Below are positions 1 to 11,426 of a stretch of 64,000 bases of DNA, piece by piece (the stretch's first letter is position 1; each line of letters opens with the position of its first letter). The position numbers and the translations under genes are program-made. The stretch is taken from NCBI RefSeq assembly GCF_006345805.1, contig NC_043023.1, forward strand, positions 15,872,001-15,936,000. Direction: 5' to 3'. Source of the stretch: Octopus sinensis (Eukaryota). The notes beneath the pieces are model-generated. The model worked only from the letters and a program-made list of their open reading frames with translations, made no database searches and had not been told where the DNA came from.

Positions 1-24
1 ATATATATGTATATGTATATATAT

Positions 25-62
<38 letters not shown>

Positions 63-276
63 CTATATATATATATATTATAAATATATATACACAATAT
101 ATATATATAATATATACACACACAACATATATACATATATATAAACACACGCACAACTATATATATATATATGTAGAAAATTTTAGATTAAAAAAAAAAC
201 TCTGCCTATCTTAATTTTGAAAAATAAATTATAAAAAAACCCGCATTATTTATGGAATGACACAGAATATGTGTCG

Positions 277-675
277 AGTGGCTGTGTGGTAAGTTGCTTG
301 CTAACCAACCACATGGTTGCGGGTTCAGTCCCACTGCGTGGCATCTTGGGCAAATGTCTTCTGCTATAGCCCCGGGCCGACCAATGCCTTGTGAGTGGAT
401 TTGGTAGACGGAAACTGAAAGAAGCCTGTCGTATATATATATGTGTGTGTGTGTTTGTGTGTTTGTGTGTCTGTGTTTGTCCCTCTAGCATTGCTTGACA
501 ACCGATGCTGGTGTGTTTACGTCCCCGTTACTTAGCGGTTCGGCAAAAAGAGACCGATAGAATAAGTACTGGGCTTACAAAGAATAAGACCCGGGGTCGA
601 TTTGATCGACTAAAAATGCGGTGCTCCAGCATGGCCGCAGCCAAATGACTGAAACAAGTAAAAGAGTAAAAGAGT
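277..675 (+). mobile_element. tRNA-derived SINE, family A (octopus-type)
   Basis: A-box-like TGGCTGTGTGG, B-box-like GGTTCAGTCCC, internal (TA)n(TG)n, tail GAAACAAGTAAAAGAGT; more than 10 related full or partial copies in the window. Confidence 0.85.
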
Positions 676-1183
676 ATCCTTCATTCACCGATTTACGTGT
701 CTGTCCGACTGTCTGTCTGTCTCTCTCCATCTCCATCTCTCACCCCCTGCACTATAATGCTGGCATAACGTTTGGTGTTAAGGGAGAGTACTCACAAATA
801 TATTGTACAAGAGTTATTTCCCTTAAACAATGCCTCAAAACCGCTTGACTGCAATTTTTATGAAATTAACCTTTTAAGGGAGACTACTCTCAAATATAGG
901 TGGCTTATGTTTAAGAGTTCTCTCCCTTGACACAATTTATCTGCGAAATAGATTTTATCGTCCGACTGTTACAAGTTTCATTTCTTGGACAACTGCCATG
1001 CTGGAGCACCACATCAACGTGTTTAATCACACTCATCGACGGCTGGGCTTATCTCTCTTCAGACTGCTACTCATTCCTTCGTTCTCCTTTTGTCGAATTG
1101 CTAAGTTACGATGACGTGAACAGCCAAAACCGAAAATGAAGCGGTGACTAGGGACAAACACAAGTCACAGATATGGAAATAAA

Positions 1184-1783
1184 TGTGTGTGCGTGCGTGT
1201 GCGTGCGTGCGCGCGCGCGCGTGTGTGTGTGTGTGCGTGCGTGTGTGTGTGTGTGCGTCTGTGTGTGTGTGTCTGTGTGTGTGTGTGCGTGCGTATGTGT
1301 GTGTGCGTGTGTCTGTGTGTGTGTGTGCGTGTGCGTCTGTGTGTGCGTGTATTTGTGTGTGTGTGTGTGTGCGTGCGTGCGTGTGCGTGTGTGTGTGTCT
1401 GTGTGTGTGTGTGTGCGTGCGTGTGTGTGTGTGTGTGCGTCTGTGTTGTGGTGTCTGTGTGTGTTGTGTCGTGCGTATGTGTGTGTGCGTGTGTCTGTGT
1501 GTGTGTGTGCGTGTGCGTCTGTGTGTGCGTGTGTTTGTGTGTGTGCGTGCGTGCGTGTGTGTGCGTGTGTGTGTGTGTGTGTCTGAGTGTGTGTGTGTGT
1601 GCGTGCGTGCGTGTGTGTGCGTGTGTGTGTGTGTGTGTGTCTGAGTGTGTGTGTGTGTGTGCGTGCGTGTGCGTGTGTGTGTGTGTATGCGTGTGCGCGC
1701 GCGCCTAGTGTCTGCGAGCGCGTGTGTATGTGTGCATGTGTGTGCGTGCGCGTGTTTGCGCATGTAAGTGTGTGTGTGTGTGT
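1184..1783. repeat. Compound (GT)n/(GC)n microsatellite
   Basis: Visible directly; explains the overlapping His-Thr and Cys-Val ORFs. Confidence 0.95.
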
Positions 1784-2000
1784 GATAGATATATACATGT
1801 ATATATATATAATATATATATATACATACATATATACATATATACCTGCATATATATATATATATAATAATAATATATAGTATATATATGTAATGTTATT
1901 ATGTATGTATATATGTATTGTATGTATGTATATATCTATAATATATATATGTATGTTGTGTGTGTGTGTGTGTGTGTGTGAGTATGTATATAAGTTATCT

Positions 2001-2031
<31 letters not shown>

Positions 2032-2097
2032 TATGATAATATATATATATATATCTATATATATATATAATATATATACATATATTACATATATATA

Positions 2098-2127
2098 CGA
2101 GGGACGTTCAATAAGTAATGCCCCTAA
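2098..2127 (+). mobile_element. Mariner terminal inverted repeat at the gap edge
   Basis: TA+CGAGGGACGTTCAATAAGTAATGCCCCT is nearly identical to the TIR of the mariner at 19951-21212. Confidence 0.8.
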
Positions 2128-2227
2128 NNNNNNNNNNNNNNNNNNNNNNNNNNNNNNNNNNNNNNNNNNNNNNNNNNNNNNNNNNNNNNNNNNNNNNNNN
2201 NNNNNNNNNNNNNNNNNNNNNNNNNNN
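2128..2227. other. Assembly gap (100 N)
   Basis: Run of N. Confidence 1.
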
Positions 2228-2705
2228 ATGTTCAGGTCGTTTGGGCAAAGTTGGCGATATATTCTCCACATCGTGCAAATGATGTACCGCTCACGGCGAC
2301 GCTGGAGAGAGTAGAGTTTCAAGGCTTTAAGGCGATCCCAATAATCGAGAGCAGCCATGCATTCAATTCGTTTAGTGAGTGCCCTCTGGGGTGATTCAAT
2401 CCTCGAGATGTTTTGTCTTGTATGGGGAGACCACAGTGGGCAGTAGTATTCGAGGTGTGGCCGTACAAAGGAGGAGAAAAGTGGTATGATGACACCTTGT
2501 TCTCTGGACCGGAAAGTTCTTAAGATCCAGGAACTCATCCTACGAGCTATATCGACCTTCTTGTTGATGTGTGCACTCCAACTGAGATCGTCATCAACAA
2601 TTACACCCAGGTCTCTGATATTGTTAGAGGCTGTGAGCGGTTCCCCTGAAGGAAGAGAGTATGGCTGTTTTGGTGAGGAATTTCTTCCAAAATGCATCAG
2701 CTCAG
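2228..2705 (-). mobile_element. LINE (CR1/L2-like) ORF2 C-terminal fragment
   Basis: RDLGVIVDDDLSWSAHI...FVRPHLEYYCPLWSP...LYSLQRRRER motifs typical of CR1-group RT C-termini. Confidence 0.85.
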
Positions 2706-2837
2706 TTCAGTTGCATTTTGTTTCTGTCTGCCCATTGACTCACAGCATATAGATCAGACTGGAGTCTGATATATACACACATAGATACATTTATACATAT
2801 ATGTTTATATATCTGCACGTATGTATGTATGTATACT

Positions 2838-2880
<43 letters not shown>

Positions 2881-3363
2881 ATATATATATATATATATAT
2901 ACATACTTTTATATATATACATATATATATACTTATACATTCATACATACATATATATATATGAATGTATAAGTATATATATTGCTTTGGCTAATAATCA
3001 CTTTAAGGCGGTATTCCAGTATGGCCGTAGTCAAGTGACTGAAACAAGTAAAAGAAAAAGATCTCTCTCTCTCTCTCTTTCTTTCTCTCTCTACCTATAT
3101 ATATATATATATCAGAAATTAAAGAAGGAAAATACACACACTTTACGTAGATTTCATACGATTTTTAATTTATCTTGTATTGTGTTTGTCGACCGGTTTC
3201 TCTTTCGCTATTTGTGACATTAAAATTGATTTAAATACATATTTTCTTAAGAAGATTCTTTTCTTGTCTATGTTGTGTGTGAAGTTTCTTGCCGTTTAAG
3301 GGTTAACATATTGTCTGTACATTTTCATGTAAATTATTGATTTCTATCTATTTACTGATACAG

Positions 3364-3455
3364 TTACAGAGTGGCAGAAAGTATTTGAGATGACCCCAAA
3401 CTCATTCAAAAGAAGTCCTATTTATTTATACTGGGACAAATTGCCCATTGAAAAG
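3364..3455 (+). CDS. Internal exon of an uncharacterised host gene (TEWQKVFEMTPNSFKRSPIYLYWDKLPIEK)
   Basis: CAG acceptor, AAG|GTAATG donor, open frame ending in phase 0 and joining the 4714 exon in frame. Confidence 0.6.
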
Positions 3456-3499
3456 GTAATGAAGTTTCAAAATTCTCCTCATTTAATAAACAATCTCCA

Positions 3500-4140
3500 T
3501 TTTGGTCATTCCGCTATATTTTGGGGCATTTGATTTTTCCCTTTTTTTCTGTCGATATTATAAGGGTGTATGACTTCAGTGCCCTTCGTATCGTCTATTT
3601 TGTTCTTGCAGTTTGCCTTTAGTAACAAACAGGATCCAGTTTCGATACTCTGGCTTATTTTCATACACGTTATGGTTATAACTAGAAAAGGGGATTTAAG
3701 GGGGAGTTTGGAGAACGATAGAACCACAGCAGATGTTGGATCGATGAGGAATACATATTTTGAAGTGGAATAACAAGGGGCTTTAACTGCTAAAATCGAA
3801 ATAAGAATGGTGAGTGGTTATAAGTGTAGGTGTATAGGGTTGAGAAGACAATAGGTAGAGAAAGACGGAGAGAGATTATAAGAAGATTCTGTGTCAACGA
3901 GGAAAAACGTTTGTCTTGAATTGTAAAAGGAAGCGGTGGAAGGATGAAATTCACGAATATGTAGATGGGACAGTAAAAATGCTTTTAATTCGAGACGAAC
4001 TTCAGAAAAGCTACACTCTACCAGGGTCAAAAGAACTTGTTGGACACACCTTCACACCTACACTACCCCAGCATTTGGTCAGAAGCTACTGTCCCTCTGG
4101 CATCCGCTCCACCTAAGAGTCTTGACCAAGGAAGAGGCAG
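3500..4140 (-). mobile_element. Possible highly degraded LINE remnant
   Basis: Non-repetitive intronic stretch with weak resemblance (FHPSTASFYNS) to L2/CR1 ORF2 ends. Confidence 0.3.
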
Positions 4141-4713
4141 ATCGAAAGCCCCTTTCTTGAGGTGATGTCACAACTCCTTTACTTCCGTTCCTGATATCTC
4201 TCTTCATTCCTCCACAGAACATCGATATGTCGTTGATGTGGGATCGATTCTTGCTGTTTTTGTCTTTGTTTTATCCTGATTTTGTCAGGGTTTCTAGTTC
4301 CTATAGATGCAACAAAACTTTTAGAAAGACTCCGAAATCATGACTCATTAGTTAGTAGTCTGATTCTCTGTCTCGTAAGTCAGCCACGTTTTCCTCTCAA
4401 ACCCAATCACTTTCTGTCTTAATTTTGCACTTCTAACGCGACATAGCATTTCGTCTTCTCATTTTCTTTCATTCTGTCTGTCTGTCTCTATCTCTCTCTC
4501 TCTCTCCTCCTCTTCCTTCTATCTCTTGTCTTCTCTACTCTTTTTCTCCTGCACTCAAAGTCTTACTCTTCCCCCCCACTGTTCTCTCCATCTCATCCTA
4601 GCCCTCCTACTCTCTCCTTATATCACATCCTAGTCTCCTTTCTCTTCCTACAACTCTGCCATCCCTCATTCTCTGAGATTTGTCACTGGTTCGAGTTTAC
4701 TTTCCATTTGCAG

Positions 4714-4859
4714 GTGGAATTTCGGGTGAAAAATGGACCTGTTTCTTTAGCATTCGTTTTCAATGGAAAAGGGACGAATTCTACATCGTGGTTCCAGAAA
4801 GATAAACTCATTGCAAAGACGTGGATATGGGATCTACAAACTGTGACTTTCAATGCGAA
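4714..4859 (+). CDS. Next exon of the same gene (VEFRVKNGPVSLAFVFNGKGTNSTSWFQKDKLIAKTWIWDLQTVTFNA)
   Basis: Strong TTTCCATTTGCAG acceptor and open frame; the FNGxG...WF...W.DL pattern recalls an unnamed invertebrate extracellular domain; the donor (GTATAT) is weak, so the 3' end is uncertain. Confidence 0.6.
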
Positions 4860-5761
4860 GTATATATCATCTCCTTACTCATAATTAACATCTTTAATTA
4901 TCTAATAATTGTTCTTTTGAACACTTTCACGGTGTATATATAAGAGGAAAGTTCACAGATATACTTTATGTCTCATTGTTGTATAATATTATAATTCCAT
5001 AATAATAATCCTTTCCACTATAGGCAGAACGTCTGACAGTTTGTTGGGGGCGGGGAGTGGGGGGGTTGTCGACTGCATTGGTACCAGTGTCAAACTGGTA
5101 ATCATTTCAACGACCCCTGAAATGGTGATAGGCAAAATTGACCTCAGCGGAATTTGAAATCAGGATGTATAGACGGACAAAATACTGCTAAGCATTTTAT
5201 CCGGCATGCTAAAGATTCTGCCAACTCGCTGCCTTATAATAATGAGAATGATAATGTTTTCGTTATGAAGCTTAAGGTTTGGGAAAAAGATCGATGAGGG
5301 TACAATCGATTTTGTGTGGGATTACATTAAAAAAAACATGTAAACATAGAAAATAACAAAAACATAAGAAAAACAATTTATCAATTGTAATATATTAGTT
5401 TCAGTTACCCGAACTTTACCATTGCGAATGACTACAGGAAGATAGAAGTCAAAAGAAAAAGTGGAAATAAGGAAGAGTACGATATTTCTTACAAAACGCG
5501 AACCGGTGGTAAGTAAAACATCGCCTCTTGATTTCAGTGTAATTGATTGTATAACTCTGTGTTGGCGTGTGCGCATGCATGTGTGCGTGTGTGTGTGTGT
5601 GTGCGTGTGTGTGTGTATGCGCGCACAGGTCTGGTTTTCAAGAAGCATTGTCTCATAAACAAATCTTTTAAATAGTTTTTCTTTTAAGCCAAAACAATGC
5701 AAGATGTACCAAAATATTAATAATACAAGTCAGTGGTTTATACTCTTCTCTAGTATTTCAG

Positions 5762-6058
5762 TATTTCGGAGCAAGGAATCCTTCTTCGGGAAATTTACGG
5801 AGAAACGGTGCTGATAACTGTTTTCCCTGCTCTCTGGCGTGTGATTATGAAGAGTTGGTTTGTGTTGCTATACACTGAACCGCAAAAGAAACGCGACATG
5901 TGTGTGACTGTGAAATATGTTTTAATTTCTTTATGTCTGAGATCAATTTTGATAAATCTGATAAACCTATCAATGGATTCAGTGATAGGTTGAATATTTT
6001 TTCAGTGTCTAAAAAGCATTACGGTGAGAAAAGACAAAGACAGTACGTGGATTGCTAG
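5762..6058 (+). pseudogene. Probable terminal exon of the same gene, apparently frameshifted
   Basis: Pyrimidine tract with AG at 5753 and 5761; ISEQGILLR...SWFVLL in one frame, then CDCEICFNFFMS...SDRLNIF...* after a shift at a (TG) run near 5900. Confidence 0.35.
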
Positions 6059-6399
6059 AAATCGGATCTGATACATCACCAACTCGCCTCACTCCTGCCT
6101 TTCCGTTTTCGGAAAACAGGTGCACAGTTATTTGCGGAATGGTCAAATTAATTTCAATGACACAAAAACCTGAAATATTATCAATTTTATTTAGTGTTTT
6201 CAGCGGTCAACTTAGTAACAAACTTTACTTTTTATAAGGATATATGTGTATGTATGTATGTATGTATGTATGTATGTATGTATGTATGTATGTATGTATG
6301 TATGTATGTATGTATATATACATATATATGTATATATATATATATATGTGTGTGTGTATATATATATATACACACACACAGATATATAGATATATAATA

Positions 6400-6443
<44 letters not shown>

Positions 6444-6562
6444 ATATATATATATTAAATACTCATTACCGAATCTCAGTTCTTTTATACGCTAGACCAC
6501 TCGTGTTAAAATTGATGTTATCAAATGAATATCTAATATTTCACCCTCATTTTGATTTTAAT

Positions 6563-6595
<33 letters not shown>

Positions 6596-6987
6596 CATTC
6601 GCATCATTTTAATCCTTCTTATGCTTAATATATTTTCTGAAATATTCTGTTGCACACAAAGACAAGTTTATGTATTTGCTTTCCCAATGTAATATTCAAA
6701 GAGTGATTATTCTATGTTGTTTCTTTGCTGTTGTAATTTTTCCTCTGTGACTCATTTATTTATTTTATTGTTGTTAAATAAAACATTTTTCATCTGAGAA
6801 AAAGCCTCGTCTGTCATATTTCTGAAACACTTCTCTTCTTCTCTATATCAACTACAACACACGACATTAATGTTAAAGGGGTGACTCCACCGTAAGGAAT
6901 CTTATTTAGCAACTGACGAACCAACGCTTAAAAGAACTTCTACAAACATTTTAAGGTTTGAGATCTATACAACCATTCAAACAGCTC

Positions 6988-7200
6988 TGTGAGCTGTTTG
7001 AAACGATAGCACGCCGGGCGAAATACTTAGCGATATTTCATCTGTCGCTACGTTCTGAGTTCAAATTCCGCCGAGGTCGACTTGGCATTTTATTCTTTCG
7101 GGGTCAATAAAATAAGTACCAGTTGAATATTGGGGTCGAAGTAATCGACTAACCCCCGTCTCCCAAATTTCAGGCCTTGTGCCTATAGTAGAAAAGGATT
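6988..7200 (+). mobile_element. SINE family B
   Basis: GAGTTCAAATTCCGCCGAGGTCGAC core shared with copies at 10951, 46284 and 49545. Confidence 0.75.
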
Positions 7201-7235
7201 ATTATTATTATGAAGGATAAGGTCGCGAGTTGGGA

Positions 7236-7610
7236 GTGTGTGTGTGTGTGTGTGCACGTGTACGCGTGCGTGTGTATTTATGCGTGTATACGTATAGACG
7301 ACAACCCTACATACATACATGAATACATATATATATATATATGTATGTGTGTATACATGTATGTGTGTGTGTGCACGTGTACGCGTGTGTGTGTATGTAT
7401 GCGTGTATATGTATAGACGACAACCCTACATACATACATGAATACATATATATATATATATGTATGTGTGTATATATGTTTGTGTGTGTGTGTGCACGTG
7501 TACGCGTGCGTGTGTATTTATGCGTGTATATGTATAGACGACAACACTATATACATACATGAATACATATATATATATATGTATGTGTGTATATATGTAT
7601 GTGTGTGTAT
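7236..7610. repeat. About 120-bp minisatellite, 3 copies
   Basis: GTGCACGTGTACGCGTG...TAGACGACAAC...CATGAATAC recurs three times. Confidence 0.85.
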
Positions 7611-8998
7611 GTATTCATGTATAAAAAGTTTAATAATAATAAAAAAATGAAATATAAAAAATAAAATTAAATATATATATATATATATATATATAAATTT
7701 ATTAATATAATTTAATAATTTTTAATTTTTAACTTTAAATTTAACTTTTGAAATTTATGTTTTATATTTTGTATATTATATTTATTAATTTTATTTCTAT
7801 GTTTTGGTTTATGTTTTTCACTGTTTGATTTGCCTAATAGTGGTTTTATCTCTAATTTAATTTATATATATATATATATATACACGCATATATACACACA
7901 CACGTGTACACGTCCACACACACGTGTACACGTCCACACACACGTGTACACGTCCACACACACACATCCTCATTAAAATGATACATCTGCAACGTCATGA
8001 TAAAATCACAAATGAAATGAATTTTAAAGATAGGAAAAAAGCCTCATTAATTTAAGAAAAGTAACAAGTTCGAACACGAAATATTCGTGAAGTCTTTCCA
8101 ACGCTGAGGCATAATCACTTTGAAAGAATGAATTGAAAATATTAATTAATAATATCCGGCTGCTGATTGTGATAAACATCCTTGAGTCTATTCAATATGT
8201 AGTCAACCGTGATTCATTTGTTGAAAGTATATTTTCATTGTTTTTCCTCTTAAGTAGCCATGTTTTCCGTGGAGTATAATCTAGTTATGTTCTTAGTATC
8301 GATTAGTATCCAGAAGTGATAAGATACTCACAATCAGGGAAAATGATTATTGTTTTATTGAATTTTAAAATATAATCCCTACGATTATACTTTTTTCCAT
8401 CGGTGAATGTGCGTGGCTTAGGGGTCAAGATTTGCACTCACGATTCGCTGAACGTGCGATCGATTCCTGGACGGGATGGCGTGTGTGATTCTTGAGCAAA
8501 GTTCTGCATTTCACGTTGCCCCAGGGCTGTGAGGGGACTGGCATATCAATGAATAGACCCAACGTTTCTTCTGGGCTTCGTAAAAAGTGACTAATTTAGG
8601 ATCTCGCCTAAATTGTAAAAAGGGGTCATCTGACAAGGAATCCCTTAGAAATGGGGGATGAAGCGACGCACTGTAACACAGCATGCTTCCATGAATGTAT
8701 GAATGTGTGTGTATATATGTATGTGCGAAATAAATGGCATTTTATGTACGTTCAGAAAATAAAATTTTTCTTTTCATTATTTCTTATTTTGAGCTTTTAT
8801 TAAGCCTCCAAAGGTGTCAGGTCATTTTGGTCTATATATAACCAACCACATGGTTCCAGGTTCAGTCCCACTGCGTGGCACCTTGGACAAGTGTCTTCTA
8901 CTATAGCCTCAGGCCGACAAAAGCCTTGTGAGTGGATTTCTTGGACGGAAACTGAAACAAGCCTGTCGTAATATATATATATATATAGGAGAAGGTAA

Positions 8999-9165
8999 GA
9001 AGCCATATCATTGTGATACCTGTGGTAAATCATTTTCCAAAAACAGCACTTTGTCTAGTCTCAAATGTTTTCATACATGAGAGAAGCCATATCATTGAAA
9101 CATGTGGCAAATCATTTGCTTATAGAAGCAGCGTAACTACTTCCTTAAACCTTCATGAGAGACAA
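8999..9165 (+). pseudogene. C2H2 zinc-finger gene remnant (2 degenerate fingers)
   Basis: KPYHCDTCGKSFSKNSTL...HT*EKPYH..TCGKSFAYRSS, with stops and a frameshift. Confidence 0.8.
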
Positions 9166-9755
9166 ACCATACCAGTCATCTGTCATCATTGTTCTCCATG
9201 TCCACATTTGCCAATCTCTCATTGGTGAGATGATATTTATTGAGGTGAATTTTCACTGTCCAGATGCCCTTCCTGTTGCCAACCTTCACCTGTTTCAAAC
9301 TAAAATATTTCCCTGTGACCTGACATGTTTTTGTGGCAGATTGGCGATGGACATTGCTTGCATGGCAGTGACACCCACAACTATCACACAGTCTCCAGGC
9401 AAGGATATAATAACCCACACACACACACATTTATAAGCCCCTCATACTTCTATGAAACATCCCCCTCTATCCTTTGTACCACTAATATTCCCCCACCACC
9501 ACTACCTTTTGTGTATGTCCTCATACATCTCCATCACCATACATTTCTCTCTATATACTCTTTACTCTTTTACATGTTTCAGTCATTTGACTGCAGCCAT
9601 GCTGGAGCACCGCCTTTAATCGAGCAACTCAACCCCGGGACTTATTCTTTTGTAAGCCCAGTATTTATTTTATCGGTCTCTTTTGCCGAACCGCTAAGCA
9701 TCAGTTGTCAAGCAACGCTAGGAGGACAAACACAGACACATAAACACACACATGA

Positions 9756-9789
<34 letters not shown>

Positions 9790-10780
9790 TAATAAAAGGA
9801 ATTCCAACCTTGTCTGATTTTCACGTTTTATTTACAATCTTATAATGATATATTATAAGGTAATATATTATAATTGAATAAAATAAAATGAAATAGTAGA
9901 ATGTTAAATGTTCATTCTGATTGAACTAGTACTTTCATGCATTGAATTCTGCAATCTTCGGGTTCATGTAGTAGTGTTGACAGTCATGCTTCACAATTTT
10001 TGACTGTAGCAAGATGATTGATTCTGTGCTATAAATACAGCTGTGTAGGCTCCAGAGTGCTAGGTTTTGCAAACTGTATTCTGACCAATCAGTGTGTAGT
10101 ATCACTCAATTACTTAAGCTGATTGGTTGGTTGAGCTGATTGGTTTAGGCATCACGCTTTGTTGGACATGTCAAGAGTCCTGTATCTTGACCCTGGCCGA
10201 AGCAGCAATTGTTGGGTTATTTTTAGAAATGTTGTAAATATCCTTTGTCAGAGACTTTTATATTTTTATATTTCAATTGTCATCATCATCATTGTCAGCA
10301 CCTTAATTATTGTTGCTAGTGGTGATGGTGGTGGCAATAGAACTTTTAACCCTAAATAAGATAATTTTCCTGCTATCTTCATCATGATCACCTTTAGTAT
10401 TGTTGCTGTTGTTAGTGGTCATGGTCGTAGCAGTAGAAGTAGTACCTCTAAGTATTATTATTATTGCTTATTTAGCTTGGGTTCGAATTTATCAATAAAA
10501 TTATTTTCTCTGATTTTCCTCTCGATTTCACTTGGGCTGTGTAATTTGTAGAATGAAAATATTATATATATTTTCCGGCCACATGTTGCTAGGTGGTTAC
10601 TCAAAGGTATCTGACGGACCTCTGGGTCTCTAATCTGTTGTCGGTGTACACGTGAGCGTTCTAATAGTGCATTTCCCGTCTGACCTACATATATTTCTTC
10701 ACAATTTGGGCATTTGATGCAGTAAATTAAATTTCTGCTTTTGCAGTTCATATTCGCGTTTGTGAATATTTTCCCGGTAA
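9790..10780 (-). mobile_element. Penelope-like element 3' part (GIY-YIG endonuclease plus terminal region)
   Basis: ORF 10461-10796: CKSRNLIYCIKCPNCEEIYVGQTG...RVHR...NHL...RENNFI, a PLE-type GIY-YIG domain; truncated at a SINE. Confidence 0.85.
9922..9966 (-). ncRNA. Minimal hammerhead-like motif in the PLE terminal region (U4C variant)
   Basis: Minus strand: TGAAC-CCGAAGA-TTGCA..TGCAT-GAAAGTACTA-GTTCA; stem I TGAAC/GTTCA, palindromic AGTACT stem III. Confidence 0.5.
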
Positions 10781-10950
10781 ACAAGCTGCTTACCACACAG
10801 CCACTCCTGCACCTATATATCTGTCATTCTCTCCGTTCTTTTCCTAGTTTGTGTTTGGAAGGGCATCCAGTCATAGAAACCATACCAAAGGAGACCAACA
10901 ACCCTAGTGCATCTCTCTGCTTGACCAGCTTTTGTCAAACGGTATAAAGA

Positions 10951-11184
10951 AGGTGGCGAGCTGGCAGAAACGTTAGCACACCGGGCGAAATGCTTAGCCG
11001 TATTTCATCTGCCGTTGCGTTCTGAGTTCAAATTCCGCCGAGGTCGACTTTGCCTTTCATCCTTTCGGGGTCGATAAATTAAGTACCAGTCACGCACTGG
11101 GGTCGATGTAATCGACTTAATACCTATGTCAGTCCTTGTTTGTCCCCTCTATGTTTAGCCCCTTGTGGGTAATAAAGAAATAGG
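10951..11184 (+). mobile_element. SINE family B
   Basis: GGCGAGCTGGCAGAAACGTTAGC...GAGTTCAAATTCC...AAAGAAATAGGTA. Confidence 0.8.
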
Positions 11185-11290
11185 TATAATGCTTATTTTT
11201 TCTGTATAAATTTACTAAAACCATTAAATGGTTAACTACTTTCTGAAGTTTCATGTTTGTGCTAGTAATCACAGTCTGGACCATATTTTA

Positions 11291-11426
11291 CTGATATATA
11301 TTACTATGCATTCTGATGTAGGTGGTTTCTACACAGACGGTCAACATTTCAATCAAGTTCCTTATTGGTATACTAATGCCTTCTTTTAGATGGGTGTCTG
11401 ACACTAGTTTTTCTTGAATCACTGAT
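11291..11426 (-). mobile_element. Penelope-type RT relic, downstream half (split by the RTE)
   Basis: SVIQEKLVSDTHLKEGISIPIRNLIEMLTVCVETTYIRMHSNIYQ continues the LDVISLFTKVSTDEAL peptide on the other side of the RTE. Confidence 0.75.

Larger units (their letters stand above)
171..1815. repeat. Dispersed duplicated segment, copy 1 (paralogous to 18383-19090)
   Basis: Colinear similarity from ATGTAGAAAATTTTAGATT through CACAAGTCACAGATATGGAAAT and the following GT tract; this copy has an extra SINE and a longer GT tract. Confidence 0.85.

Noticed and set aside
1101-1880. Long His-Thr and Cys-Val ORFs (also near 18 kb, 34-36 kb and 42 kb)
   Set aside because: Translations of dinucleotide microsatellites
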